A DNA stretch of 64,000 nucleotides from Chiloscyllium plagiosum (taxonomy: Eukaryota), in NCBI RefSeq assembly GCF_004010195.1, contig NC_057718.1, forward strand, positions 21,061,612 to 21,125,611, given 5' to 3'. Made by a program: the position numbers and the translations under genes. Below the pieces are notes generated by a model that was not told the DNA's origin, did not search any database, and saw only the letters and a program-made list of their open reading frames with translations. Positions within the stretch are counted from its first letter, which is position 1, and each line of letters begins with the position of its first letter. Below are positions 36,565-50,078 of the stretch, piece by piece.

Positions 36565-37759
36565 TATAGAACATAGAACGTTACAGCACAGTACAGGCCC
36601 TTCGCCTCTCGATGTTGCACCAGCCTGAAGAACCCATCTGAAGTCCATCTCTCCTATACTATTCTATTTTCATCCATATATCTAATGACCATTTAAATGC
36701 CCTTAAAATTGACAAGTCTACTACTGTTGCAGGCAGTGCTTTCCACGCCCTTACTACTCTGAGTAAAGAGACTACCTCTGACATCTGTCCTACATCTATC
36801 ACCCCTCAATTTAAAGCTATGTCCTTTTGTGCTAGTCATCACCATCCGAGGAAAAAGTTCTCACTGTCCACTCTATCTAACCCTCTGATTATATGTCTCA
36901 ATTAAGTCACATACCAACCTTCTTTTCTCTAACGAAAACAGCCTCAACTCCCTCAGCCTTTCATCATAAGATCTTCCCTCCATACCAGACAACATCTCAG
37001 TAATTCTCGTCTGAACCCTCTCCAAAGCTTCCACCTCCCTCCTATAATGCAATGACTAGAACTGTACGCAATACTCCAAGTGCGACCGCACCGGAGTTTT
37101 GTACAGCTGCAGCATGACCTCGTGGCTCTGAAACTCAATCCCTGTACCAATAAAAGTGAACACACCGGATACCTTCTTAACAACCCTATCAACCTGAGAG
37201 GCGACTTTCAGGGATCTATGTACATGGACACAGAGATATCTCTGCTCATCTACATTACCAAGAATATTATCATTAGTCCAGTACTCTTTATTCCTGTTGC
37301 ACCTTCCAAAGTGAATCACCTCACACTATGTCCCTCTATAACCTGCAACATCCTTCAGCACTATCCACAATACCATTGACCTTACTGTTATCCACAAATT
37401 TAGTAACCCATCATTCTACACCCTCATCTAGGTAATTTATAAAAATGACAAACAGCAGTGGCCCTGAAACAAATCCTTGCGGTACACCATAGTAAATGAA
37501 CTCCAGGATGAACATTTCCCATCAACCACCACCCTCTGTCTTCTTTCCACAATCACTTTACCCTCATCCACCTGTTTGCTCACCAACTCAAAGAACTCTA
37601 AGGTTTGTGAGGCACAACCTACTCTTCACAAAACCATGTTGACTATCCCTATAACTTATTCCTCTCTCGTTGATTATGAATTCTAAATGTCCTTTCTGCT
37701 ACCGTAATACTGTCCTTGACTAGTAATACCACACCTCCCTGCTTTTGCCATCTCCTGTA
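36565..37759 (-). mobile_element. CR1 LINE with internal deletions
   Basis: ORF 37056..37319 (LQLYKTPVRSHLEYCVQF); (ttctatg)-type tail at the left; endonuclease-region fragment at 37686-37759. Confidence 0.85.
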
Positions 37760-39870
37760 AAGACAGGAGAGATTGAGTTGAATCCTTAAAAGAGTATAAA
37801 GGCAGTAGGAGTACACTTAAGAGGGAAATCAGGAGGACTAAAAGGGGACATGAGATAGCTTTGGCAAATAGGGTTAAGGAGAATCCAAAAGGTTTTAGAA
37901 ATACATTAAGCACAATAGGGTAACTTGAGAGAGAATAGGACCCCGTCAAATGTCAGCAAGTCAGGCAGTATCCGAGGAGCAGGAAAATTGATGTTTCAGG
38001 CATTCCTGATGAAGGGCTTTTGCCCGAAACGTCGATTTTCCTGCTCCTCGGATGCTGCCTGACCTGCTGTGCTTTTCCAGCACCACTCTAATCTTGGGTC
38101 TTATCTCCAGCATCTGCAGTACCCACTTTCACCTGCTCAAAGATCAGCAAGGCAGCCTATGTGGAGCTGCAGGAGATGGGGAAGATACAAAATGAATATT
38201 TTGCATCAGTGTTTACGGTGGAAAAGGACATGGAAGCATAGAATGTGGGGAAATAGATGGCGACATCTTTAAAAACGTCCATATTAAAGAGGTGGTGGTG
38301 CTGGATGCCTTAAAATGCATAAAGGTGGATAAATCCCCAGGACCTGATCAGGTGTACCCTCGAACTCTGTGGGAAGCTAGGGAAGTGATTGTCGGGTCCT
38401 TTGCGGAGATATTTGTATCATCGATAGTCATAGGTGAGGTGCCAGAAGTCTAGGCTAACGTGATACCACTATTTAGGTAAGGTGGTAAGGACAAGCCAAG
38501 AAACTATAGACCAGTGAGCCTGACGTTGGTGGTGGGCATGTTGTTGGAGGGAATCCTGAGGGACAGGATGTACATGTATCTGGAAAGACAAGGCCTCATT
38601 AGGAATTGTCAGCATGGCTTTGTGTGTGGAAAAGAGTGTCTCACAAACTTGATTGAGTTTTTTGAAGAAGTAACAAAGAGGATTGATGAGGGCAGAGCGG
38701 TGGACGTGATCTATATGGACCAGTAAGGCGGTCAACAAGGTTCCCCATGGGAGACGAGTTAGCAAGGTTAGATCTCATGGAATACAGGCAGAGCTAGCCA
38801 TTTGGATACAAAAGTGGCTGGAAGGTAGAGGACAGAGGATGGTGGTGGAGGGTTGCTTTTCAGACTGGAGGCCTGTGACCAGTGGAGTGCCACAAGGATG
38901 GATGCTGGGTCCACTACTTTCATCATGTATATAAATGATTTGGATGTAAACATAGGAGATATAGTTAGGAAGGTTGCAGATAATACCAAAAGTGGAGGTG
39001 TAGTGGACAGCAAAGACGGTCACCTCAGAGTACCATGGAATCTTGATCAAATGAGCCAATGGGCTGAGAAGCAGCAGATGGAGTTTAATTTTGATAAATG
39101 TGAGGTGCTGCATTTTGGGAAAGCAAATCTTAACAGGACTTGCACACTTAATGGTAAGGTCCTAGGGAGTGATGCTGAACAAAGAGACCTTGGAGTTCAG
39201 GTTCATTGTTCGTTGAAAGTAGAGTTACAGGTAGATAGGATAGTGAAGGAGGAGTTTGGTATGCTTTCCTTTATTACTCAAAGTATTGAGATAGGAGTTG
39301 GGAGATCATGTTGCAGTTGTACAAGACATTGGTTAGGCCACTTTTGGAAAGTTTTGTTTGCAATTCTGGTCTCCTTCCTATCAGAAGGATGTTGTGAAAC
39401 TTGAAAGGGTCCAGAAAAGATTTTCAAGGATGTTGCCAGGGTTGGAGGATTTGAGCTATATGGAGAGCTGAGGCTGTTTTCCTTGGAGGGTTGGAGGCTG
39501 AGGGTGACCTTATCGAGATTTATAAAATCATGTGAGGCATAGAAAGGTTAAATAGACAAAGTCTTTTCCCTAGGGTGGGGGAGTCCAGAAATAGAGGGCA
39601 TAGGTTTAGGGTGAGAGGGGAAAAATATAAAAGGTACCTAAGGGGCAACATTTTCATGCAGAGGGTTGTGCATGTATAAAATGAACTACCAGAGGAAGTA
39701 GTGGAAGCTGATATAATTGCAGCATTTAAAAGGCTGCATGAGTATATGAATAGAAAGGGTTTAGAGGGATATGGGCCAAATGGGACTAGATTAGATTAAG
39801 ATATCTGGTCAGCATGGACTATTTGGACCAAAGGGTCTGTCTCCATGCTGTACAGTTCTATGACTTTATG
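37760..39870 (+). mobile_element. CR1 LINE, 3' piece of the split element
   Basis: Resumes at agacaggagagattgag, the continuation of 35304 when compared with 29381-29430; RT ORFs 38514..38726 and 38853..39404. Confidence 0.92.
37961..38136 (+). mobile_element. Short PLE-derived hairpin insertion (sister subfamily) with hammerhead motif at 38006-38033
   Basis: TSD tcaaa(tg/ga)tcagcaag at 37946-37960 and 38137-38151; CTGATGA-A-GGGC tttt GCCC-GAAA-C-GTC. Confidence 0.8.
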
Positions 39871-41524
39871 AAAGAGTAGTCTAGGATTTTGTGTCATGAG
39901 ACAGAAAAGTAAGCTCTTCAATATCAAATTATTTCATTTAGCAAAGCCCTTAAAGAATATTAACATCTTTAGAAGATGCATCATTGTAGTTTGACTCAAG
40001 GTATACAAGTCTTCAACAAATCACTCATCAGAATTCTTCTAGAACTTGCAATAAGGTTACTATTGGAATTTTGACGACATCATCTCCAAAATGATAAGCA
40101 CGTTGGAAAGGCTTCCGAGTAGACTTCCAAGATTGGTCCTGGGTCACAGAGTTTTCAAAAATGAAAACAGACTTAAAAAAACCCAAGCTGGATGATATCT
40201 TCAAAAAGCACAAAAATGCTATTTCAAAGACATAAATCAAAGTGTCATGAATAATGCAGATACAAATGTACTACCCAACTTACATTGGAGTCATACATCA
40301 AGGGCAAAAGTACCAAAATTAAAAAGTTTCAAGTGAAGCACAGAGATTAGGGGGGAAAAAAAAACCAATAGATGAGTAAATATGTGGAACACTCAAACGT
40401 AATTAATACTACGTCAATTAACTCCTCTAAAAAAAGAGCAGGATAAATATCTGGTTTGGAATGTGATTGAAGGCTTTATAGGGATAAGTATAGACTGCAT
40501 CAAAATATTCTGTGGCATACATTAGATGCTGTGCAGCTGGGAATGCCATCTGTGGCAAGTAAACTGCCCGGTTTAAATAATGTTGGCATATGCATAAAGA
40601 AACTCTGCAGTGGGGAATTGCAATCTTACACACCAGGCAAGAAAGTGACAAAATCAGATCAGTTTTCCCTTTCATAGCCTATTTTACTGATTTCAATAGA
40701 AACCAAAATAAGATGCAATGTTAGGCACATGGAAAAATGTAGTCTTGAAGATAGCATAACTATAAGTTTGGGTTACATGTAACACAAAGATTGCAACAGA
40801 TTAACTTAATCTCAAACGGTTGCCAAGGATGAGGGTTTGAGCCTGCATTTAGTGAATGGAATTTGGAATAGTGACTGCAAACAACAGTTTCAGGTTTAAA
40901 AATATTCTTTCTAAATTTCTCCTCATCCAGTGTTCCTGTGATAATAAATAGTCTGATAATTTGCATCAGCTGAGAAATCAAGAAAGGTCGCTGTAAAATG
41001 GAGCTGGGTCATGTCAGCTTTATGTGACACCAAATGTTCATCAGATGATGCCTCTAAAGCACAGCAGTAAATGAGAAATAGGAAGGGGGCAAGCATATAT
41101 GCTTGGGGAATAACAGAAACCGTAATATGGGACCAGGAGGAAATGACATTGCAAATGATTGCCTGATTATATTTAGATAATGAAGTACTGAACCATGGTG
41201 AGAGAAGTCCTCCTCACCTGCATAAACGCATAGGAGGATGACAATATGGTCAATAGTGTCAATGCTGTAGACTAGTTGAGAAGAATGAGGAAAATTTAAC
41301 TTTGTCACCATCACACAGAATATCAGCTGTGACTTTGACAACAGCAGTTCCTGTCCTAAAAGTAATCAGCTTTGGATCAGTAACAACTTTTTCCAACAGT
41401 TAACAAGAAAAGGACTTGCATTCATATGGCACCTTCCATGATCTTGGGATGTCTCAAATCAGCGTATTGCCAATGAAATGCTTGTTCCTGTAAATGTACA
41501 TAAATATGGCTTTCAACAGAGTTT

Positions 41525-41812
41525 TAGATTTAGATTAGATTACAGTGTGGAAACAGGCCCTTCGGCCCAACAAGTCCACACCGACCCGCCGAAGTGAAAC
41601 CCACCCATACCCCTACATTTACCCCTTACCTAACACTACAGGCAATTTAGTATGGCCAATTCACCTGACCCTGCACATCTTTGGATGGTGGGAGGAAACC
41701 GGAGCACCCGTAGGAAACCCACGCAGACACGGGGAGAACGTGCAAACTCCACACAGTCAGTCGCCTGAGGCGGGAATTGAACCCGGGTCTCTGGCGCTGT
41801 GAGGCAGCAGTG
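41525..41812 (-). mobile_element. V-domain SINE (HE1-like)
   Basis: Very similar to 11287-11594. Confidence 0.9.
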
Positions 41813-42045
41813 CGCCTCACAGTGTAAAGCAAGGTCCTACAAGCAGCAGGGAGGTAATTAACAGGATGAATCTGTGTATGGTTGTTTTGCTGAAGAATAA
41901 GGACAATGTCCAAGACGCTTGAGGATCAAGGGTTATGGGAGAAGGTTGGAGAATGGGGATGAAAGACTTATCAGCGATGATTGAATGGCAGAGCAGAATC
42001 AATGGGCTGAATGGTCTAATTTTTGTTCGTGTGTGTTATGGTCTT
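41813..42045 (+). mobile_element. Repeat remnants including a CR1 3' UTR
   Basis: gatcaagggttatgggagaagg...gattgaatggcagagcaga...gggctgaatggtcta. Confidence 0.55.
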
Positions 42046-42314
42046 ACACAAGGCTAATTATCCCATTTTTCTTTGAGAAATGCCATAAGCTCATTCACAT
42101 TCTCACAGAAGGACAGGGAAAGTATCATTTAATGTCTCACCTGAAAGATAGTACCCTGCAATGGTGCATTTCTTTGGATTGTACTGGATTATCAGGTTAA
42201 ATTATATAGTCAGCATTCTTGGACACGCAACAAGTCACTATTTTTCTATTGAAAATGAGACTGTCATGAAGAAAAAAAACTAAATGCTTCAATAGATGCA
42301 AGTTTGGGGATGGG

Positions 42315-42410
42315 AATAAAAAACAAAAACAGAAAGACGCGGCAGGTCAGGCAGCGTTATGAAGAGAGAAACAGAGTTAAATATCTCAGACTGATAACTT
42401 TTCATCAACA
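42315..42410 (-). mobile_element. Old PLE terminal remnant
   Basis: aaaaacaaaaacagaaa...gcaggtcaggcagc...agagagaaacagagttaa. Confidence 0.45.
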
Positions 42411-42494
42411 GTGGAACAATTTAATGATGTATTAAGTTTTAAGATGTGTAGTGACAGAGAAGCAGGTTGAGTAGTTTGCAGAAGAATACTAAGC

Positions 42495-43500
42495 AAGATC
42501 TGTGCAAGGATGGAAGAGATAGACCAGGGAACTATAGGCCCGTGAGTCGAACATCAGTAGTAGGGAAACTATTGGAGCAAATAGTGAAGGAGAAAATTAA
42601 TTTCCATTTAGAGGGGCAAGGTTTCATGAAGGATAGTCAGCAAAGCTTTGTCAGAGGAAGATTATGCCTAACAACTCTGTGGAACATTTCAAGGAGGTGA
42701 CCAAATGTTTGGATGAGGGTAGTGCTATTGATATAATTTATATGTATTTCAACAAAGTCTCACAAGGGAAACTGATAAAGATAAAAACTCATGAAATCCA
42801 GGATAACTTGGCAAGTTGGATCCAAGATTAGCTTAGTGACAGGAGACAGAGAATGATGGTAAAAGGTTGTTTGTGTGACTGAGTCCATAATGCAGTGACA
42901 TACCATCGGGATCAGTCCTGAGTCCCATACTGTGATATTCATAAATTATGTAGATGACAATGTGTACAGGGAGAAGGGGCAGAGATTATTAAGTCTATGA
43001 ATGACACAAAGACTGACCGGATAGCTGAGTGTGGAAGTGTTAGACTCTAGGAGGATATAAACAGATCGGTCAAATGGGTTGATCAGTGGCAGATGGAATT
43101 TAACCCCAATAAGTGTGAGGGGATGCACTTTGGAAGAACTGAGAACACATGAATGGCAAGAGACCAGGAAAATCAGAGGAAGAGAGGGAACTTGAGATAC
43201 TTGTCCACAGCTCCCTGAAAGTGGCAGGAGAGGTGGAGATGGTAGTTAAGAAGATGCTTGACTTTTGACAGTTGTAGCATAACTTATTAGGGCCTGGAGG
43301 TCACATTTGAGCTGTACAAAACTTTGGTTCGGTCATAGATGGAGTACTGTGTGCTGTTCTGGTCACCACACCATAAGAAGTATGTGATTGATCTGGAGGG
43401 GGTGCAGAGAAATTTCATTAGACCATTGCCTGGTATGGAGCTGTAAAGATGTGATTCAGCTGTGAAGAAAGACTGGATAAGCTTGGGTTGCTTTCTTCAG
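42495..43500 (+). mobile_element. Old CR1 LINE RT region
   Basis: ORF 42467..42700: DRPGNYRPVSRTSVVGKLLE...DSQQSFVRGRLCLT. Confidence 0.85.
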
Positions 43501-44170
43501 AACATTCACGCTCTTGCCTACTGCATCTTTTCAGCATCTGTTATATTAACTCTTACATTACACATTCTTGGTGGAAGGGCATGGGATCATAACCTTCATT
43601 CTCACATAAAGGTTATCCCAGAAGCAAGTACGAAATGCTCCAAAGGTTATGGAAACAATAAACCGTCCCTGACTTCTTGCACAAAATCTGGTTCCTGTCA
43701 CCTTAGATAAATTAAAGGATTCCAGTTGAAATGGTTGTCCTTATCTTTGAACTATAATTTCAAAAGGATGAAGCTTCAGCTGACCCTTCCCTTCCTCAGT
43801 TCCTCTCCCAGGCTTTCTTCACTGGTGGAAGTTTTCCTTCTACACACTTTTTAAAAAAAATATTTTCTCATGAAATCCACTCTCTTCCCCCCAAAAAAAA
43901 GTAGTTTGAAACTCTTAACAAGTGAGTCAATTCAAGACAAACTTTGGGCTTGGAAAGAAAAAGCTTCTTTCAAAGAATATAAAATTTTAACGTTACACTA
44001 CAGTTCTCAGAGCAGTGCAAAAATATCTCTTTTTCGAAGTGCACACATCTGATGTAAAAAATAAACAATTCTAATATGCATTTAACATGGCTGGATAAAC
44101 TAACTCTCACATGTTTAGACAAATTTGACAAAGTAAACCCCATGCTATTGGCATGTCATTGAATGCTCAC

Positions 44171-44313
44171 CTCCTCTGAGACTGAATCCGATGGTGCGGG
44201 CCTTGGAACAGAGAGCCCAGGCAAAGACACATTGGACAGGCGCCTCTTCCTCACTCCACTGCAGTTATTTGGGATTTTGAAGGCACATCGTTTGTGATAG
44301 TTGAGACCACATC
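44171..44313 (-). CDS. PRKD3: PRKD3 internal exon: end of C1a zinc finger and linker
   Basis: ttcag acceptor, GAG|gtgagc donor, 143 nt (phase 1 to 0). Translates (G)[47 protein letters not shown], recognisable as PKD3. Confidence 0.95.
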
Positions 44314-44349
44314 CTGAACAGAATTAGACATGGATATTTAGGGAAAAAA

Positions 44350-44450
44350 AGTAAATTCAGAAAATGTTGGAGAAAAACAGCAGGTCTGGCAGCAGCTATG
44401 GAGAGGGAAACAGAATTAACATGGAGTCCAGTGTGACTCTTCTTCAGAAC
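44350..44450 (-). mobile_element. Old PLE terminal remnant just upstream of a PRKD3 acceptor
   Basis: cagaaaatgttggagaaaaacagcaggtctggcagca...gactcttcttcagaac; reverse has CTGAAGA but no GAAA box. Confidence 0.5.
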
Positions 44451-44904
44451 AATAAATTACTTAGCTTACTTATGAAAGCCAAAGCCAAACTTGGAAATCA
44501 GGGATTATGCTGCAGCATCTAAGATGAAACTATTCCTCAACCCCATCACAATGAAGCTCTGACAAAGTGCAAGTTTGGGCAGCTCTATCATATCATACGT
44601 GGTGCAGCCACTTTTGCATCAGTCCAGAGTGAGTATTCTGAAGTACTCAAGAGTTGAATGTCGCAACAGATGTCAAATATCCAATCTGGCGTCAGTATGC
44701 TTGGAATCAATAGGATTTGGAACCATCCAGGAAGCAATTTCACATAGCTTTGAATTTACATCAGTTGCATAAAACTTCAGTTGCATTTTCAAAGAACCCA
44801 TGTGACCCAGCAGACTGCCTGGCAATTTCTAAACCATTTTATGAAACATTTTTACTGACATATCTAACAGTATGGAACTGATGCCTTTACCTCTGGATGG
44901 TATC

Positions 44905-46595
44905 TGTTGGTTTGGACCCAGGGAGAGCTAGCTAAGTGGATACAAAATTGGCTTGATGGTAGGAGACAAGAGGGTGAAGGAGGATGGTTGCTTTTCGGAC
45001 TGGAGGCCTGTGACCAGCGGTGTTCTATAGGGATCAGGGTTGGGTTCACTATTGTTTGTTATTTATATAAACAATTTGAATGAGAATATAGGAAGCATAG
45101 TTAGTAAGTTTGCAGATGACACCAGAATTGATAGTGAAGGAGGTTATCTAAGAGTACAACAGGTTCTTGATCAGCTGGACCAATGAGCCGAGGAGTGGAG
45201 TTTAATTTAGACAAATGTAATGTGTTGTATTTTGTTAAGACAAATAAAAGGAAGAAATTACACAGTAAATGGTAGGGCTCTGGGAGTGTTGTCAAACACA
45301 GAGACCTAGGGGTGCAGGTATATGGTTCCTCTAAAGTGGCATAACAGTCAGACAAGGCAGTGAAAATGACATTTGGCACGCCTGCCTTAATTGGTCAGAG
45401 CATTGAGCATAAGAGTTGGGATGTCATGTTGTGGCTGTACAAGATCTTGGTGAGGGCACTTTTGGAGTAATTTGTACAATTCTGGTCACCCTAACACAGG
45501 AAGGATATGATTAAATTGGAAGGTGTGCAGAAGAGATTTACGAAGATGTTACCAGGATTGGAGTGCTTGAGTTGTAAGAAAAAGCTGGATAGAGTAGCGC
45601 AGAAATTGATCCTTTGGTCCAACCAGTCCAAGAATGCCATAACTTCAAATTAAACTCGTCCCACCTGCCTGTGCTTGGCCCATGTGCCTCCAAACATTTC
45701 TTATTCATGTTCTTATCCAAATGACTTTTAAACGCAACTGTACCCACATCAACCACTCCTCTGAAAGTTGATTCGAGACACTGTAAAAAAATTGCCTCTC
45801 ATGTCTAATCTAAATCTTTCTCCTCTCATTTCAAATATATGCCCCTAAATCTTGAAATCCCCCATCCTTGGAAAACACCACCTAGATTCACCTACCCTTC
45901 ATGATTTTCTAATCCTCCACAAGAACACCTCTCAACCTCCTATGCTCCAAAAGAAAAAAGTCCCAGCCTATCCTGCCTCTCCTTAGAATTCAAACACTCC
46001 TAGTAAATCCAAGTAAATCACTTCTGAACCCTCTCCAGTTTAATAATCTCTTTTCTATAACAGGGCGAACAGATCTGGACAGAGTACTCCAGAAGAGGCT
46101 CAACCAATGTACTGTACAACCTCAATACAATATCCCAACTCCCATCCTTAAAGATCTGAGCAATGAAGGCATGTGTGCCGAACACCCTCTTAACCGCCTT
46201 GTCTGTATAGCGTGGGATTGTTCTTCCCTGGAGCGCAAGTTGAGGGGTGACTTTACAGAAGCTTATAAAATCACGAAAGGCATAGGTAAGGTGAATAGCA
46301 AAGGTCTTTTCCCTCAGGTAGGGGTGTTCAAAACTAGAGGGCATAATTTTAAGGTGAGGGGGAAAGATTAAAAGGGACCTGAGGAGAAGTTTTTTCACAC
46401 AGAGGGTGGCTTGTATATGGTTTGAACTGCCTGAGGAAGTAGTAGATGCAGGTACAGTTACAATATTTAAAAGACATTTGGACAGATACATGTATAGGAA
46501 AGGTTTGGCAAATGGAACTAGTTTACTTTGGGAAACCTGGTCGACACGGGCAAGTTGGACCAAGGGCTCATTTCCACGCTGTATGATTCTATGAT
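44905..46595 (+). mobile_element. CR1 LINE (3' part) split by an opposite-strand CR1
   Basis: RT remnants 44905-45595 resume at about 46206 (ORFs 46171..46371 and 46406..46594). Confidence 0.85.
45597..46205 (-). mobile_element. CR1 3' fragment nested in CR1
   Basis: Part of ORF 46018..46563 (LRLYSTLVEPLLEYSVQICSPCY...LERVQK) and ORF 45538..45756. Confidence 0.82.
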
Positions 46596-47389
46596 ACCCT
46601 GCCTATCTCTCCTAATATTAGCAAAGAACATCAGACTTGTGCACCCAAGCTTATAAAATGTTGAGGCCCTTTATGACTATAACAAATCTTGGTTTCCGCA
46701 GTTACAAGGGCATCATGTGGTTCACTCATCACACATTAGAATTTACAGCAAAGCTGCAAGATATTGCTTCCAAGAGCAGCATACAGCAAAGATTAAAAAA
46801 AAAGACCCAGTTCTCCACCATTTGACACCACCTCAGGTTCCTGAAAACTTGATCTCATACAGGGAATAATATTGCTGTTGCTAAACATTCAAGCACAAAA
46901 AACATTTCATCAAGAAGAAAATAATCCAAACCCATAATGTAGTCAGCATGGGATGAGCTTCTGAAACCAACTAGCCTCAGTCACAACTTTGATTACAGCT
47001 ATTAGTTTGGATTGTAAGGACATAAATAATAGCAACCTAGGCCAATCGTTTCCTTGAACTGTTCTGCCATTCAACTCTAACTCTAAATATATTTGGCTCT
47101 CCCTCTCTAGATTTGGTTTGGATTTACTCAAGTGTGTTGGTGATTGCCGAATGAATGAGAGTCCAAAAATCTTTGGGAATTAGGGTCAAAATGCTGCTGT
47201 TGACTTGGGGCATGGGCGCAGGCAAAGCACCAACCACAGATTCCGCCAACCCAGCAGAGAGGAGATCCCTACTATGGTTAGGGCCACTAAACCTAATGGT
47301 TTAGTGGCCCATTAGGTCTCTGTTGCTCGAAACTTGGTTGATAATCTAAAGGCCAGTTTAAAGGTAGCTCAGAGCAATCAATGCCATCA

Positions 47390-48320
47390 TGGAAACAGTG
47401 GACCTTAAGTGGTCCTCTGCTTTCAACTTATCCAGATAATTGCTAAAGAGGAAGTTAGTTGTAGTTTGAAGCTGGCTAAATACAGAAACAGGGGGAAGTG
47501 GCTAAACAGCACAAGTGTTGCTGTTTGCAGGTTCCAGGCAGTGAGGGCGAAGGAGAAGTTCCGGAGAATGATGTTTCCATTTTGTGGGGAAACAATTCTG
47601 GAAGATCTGGAAGTCATTGACAGCTCAGTGCAACTGTGTATGGAGTGCAGGAAGCCAAGAAGCAGTATTTGCTTGATGGAAGTGAGAAAGGTTGGAATTT
47701 AAAGAATTCTACAACAGCTTTGTGGAGCAAGCAGTTTAATAAAAGCTGAAACTCTGCTGGTATCTGGATGATTGGGGGCAGTCTTGGAAGCTTTGGGTAA
47801 CTCAGTTCAGGAAGAAGAGATTATACTACTGAAGCATGAGCAGCCATTGAGGCAGGCCAAGTCAGAGAGGCTTTGAAGTGTTCGAAGGTTCGCCCTTCAA
47901 AAGTGAAGGACTGCGAATTTCTTGCATGGAAGACAGAGTTTTAATATTGTTCCACAGTCTCTCAACTACTAGGGTGGGAGTTGTTTTGATGGCATTAACC
48001 ATTTGAAGAACAGTCTGTGGGATGTTTAACCCGTAATGTGCCTGTTAAGTCATTTTCACACCATATTAATTAGTAATGCCAGAATTGCATATATAGTGTA
48101 AGTGGTTTAGAAAAATTATTTACTTGTTCAGTATACCTATTTAGTCATTTTTGTTTATATTTCTGCAAAATAGAGATTTAGTTTAGTATTTCAATTCAAC
48201 CCTAGAATCTTGACGCTTTTTATTATTCATGGTTCTTCTGCATATTCTATTCATTAAAAGATTATGGTCTAACAAGACAGATTGTAATAAAGATCAAGCT
48301 TGTCCAGTAGTCTCATAACT
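47390..48320 (+). mobile_element. Possible degenerate solo LTR
   Basis: Purine-rich 5' part, T-rich 3' part, aataaa and an LTR-like end tgtccagtagtctcataac; no TSD found. Confidence 0.25.
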
Positions 48321-48329
48321 GGAATGATA

Positions 48330-48582
48330 GAAATTTTAACTTTCAACAAATGGAGAGTTTTACAACAATGTAATTCACATTGTAAAATGCATTACCTGGG
48401 AGAGTAGTAAAAGCCGGCTTGAAACCTTACAACTTTGAGAAAGTACATAAATGATTACTCGTCATAAATGCAACAATATTCAAGACTGTGAGCTAAGTGT
48501 TGAAGGTGGGATTAGTGTAGATAAGTCAGTACAGACTTGGTGGGCCAAAGGGCCTCTTATGTGCTACGTGACTCTGATTCAA
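48330..48582 (+). mobile_element. Old CR1 3' remnant
   Basis: Tail tgggccaaagggcctcttatgtgctacgtgactctgattc. Confidence 0.6.
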
Positions 48583-49556
48583 CATAAGATCTTGAAAGTG
48601 AAACTGATGTTCTATGATGAACTAAGTCTTCAACTAACTTTAAACTTGAACTCATTAATTCCCAGTTTATCTAATTTCGCACAATTTTAGCAAAAAGTAA
48701 CAGCTAAGTTAAGGTAAAAACAAACTTGAAAATTAGCACGATGTCTGTCCAAATCAGAAAGACCAGCATGGCTGCATCCCTTCCACCGCACGAATATGAC
48801 CAGTCTGCATGTAAAGGCCTGAAGTGTCACGATCATGGAACTGGATCACTGAAGTACAGTTATCCTACAACGTCTTCAGATACAGCCTTCCAGCAAACAG
48901 CAACTGTGAAAGAAAACTGCTCCCATTTCTCTCTCCAGAAACAGCACACTACATATCATTGATGCACTCCTCTTCTGCCATGGTTGGGATCAACCTAATA
49001 ATTAGGATCCAGGAATTTTATGTTCTGCATGACCCAGCTACTCATTCACTCCCTTAAGCAGTTCAGTTAGTTGACAAGTATAAGTGTAATTTTACTTTCA
49101 GTGCCTTTCAAGCATATTTGGAAATGCTTTGTGGGAATGGAGTTATCTCAGTCCCAAAACAACAAAGATCTGGAACTAGATTTTTGTAATGGAGATAAGT
49201 ATTGGGAGTCTGGCAAAGTCTGTTATGGAGGCCCCAGGCTGCCATATTTTGGGGCAGGATGGAGTCAAACTCTCATCTTCCCTGGGGATAGACTGAAGAG
49301 GGAAAAGGATGAGTAACAGGTTGGAATGCTTACCTTCAATTATTGGGCCATCAGCCCAGTTCTGATAACGAATGTGAGGCCCTCAAGTCCTCATCTGTCA
49401 TACTTCCATGGCTGCCCACGCATCCTTCATGCACACTCTTCCAGTACTTATTGTGTACTGAAAATCAACAAGCCATTACCAAATTTAGCAAATCTAAGAA
49501 ATGCTTCTGAAGCAATCAATTGAATTAATAACTAAAACAAATCCTCTGAGAAAACA

Positions 49557-50078
49557 TCCCTCCTATAGGAAAGATGTTGTGAAACTTGACAGGGTTCAGA
49601 AATAATTTACAAGGATGTTGCCAGGGTTAGAGGGTTTGAGCTGTCAGGAGGGGCTGAATAGCTGGGGCTGTTTTCCCTGGAGCATCGAAGGTGAGTGGTG
49701 ACCTTATAGAGGTTTATAAAATCATGAGGGGCATGGATAGGGTAAATAGACAAGATCTTTCCCTGGGGTGAGGGAGTTCAGAACTAGAGGGTGTAAGTTT
49801 AAGATGAGAGGGGAAAGATATAAAAGAGACCTAAGGGGCAAGTCTTTCACACAGAGAGAGTGGTGTGTGTATAGAATGAGCTGCCAGAGGACATGTGGAG
49901 GCTAGTACAATTACAACATTTAAAAGGCATCTGGACGAGTATATGAATAGGCAGGGTTCGGACGGATATGGGTCAAGTGCAGGCAAATGGGACTAGATTA
50001 ATTTAGGATATCTGGTTGGCGTTGATGAGTTGGACCAAAGAGTCTGTTTCCATGCTGTACATCTCTATGACTCTATAA
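49557..50078 (+). mobile_element. 5'-truncated CR1 LINE
   Basis: Colinear with 30825-31345; tail ctctatgactcta. Confidence 0.9.

Noticed and set aside
44420..44450. Hammerhead ribozyme near the C1a exon acceptor
   Set aside because: CTGAAGA and a possible stem are present on the minus strand, but the GAAA box is missing.
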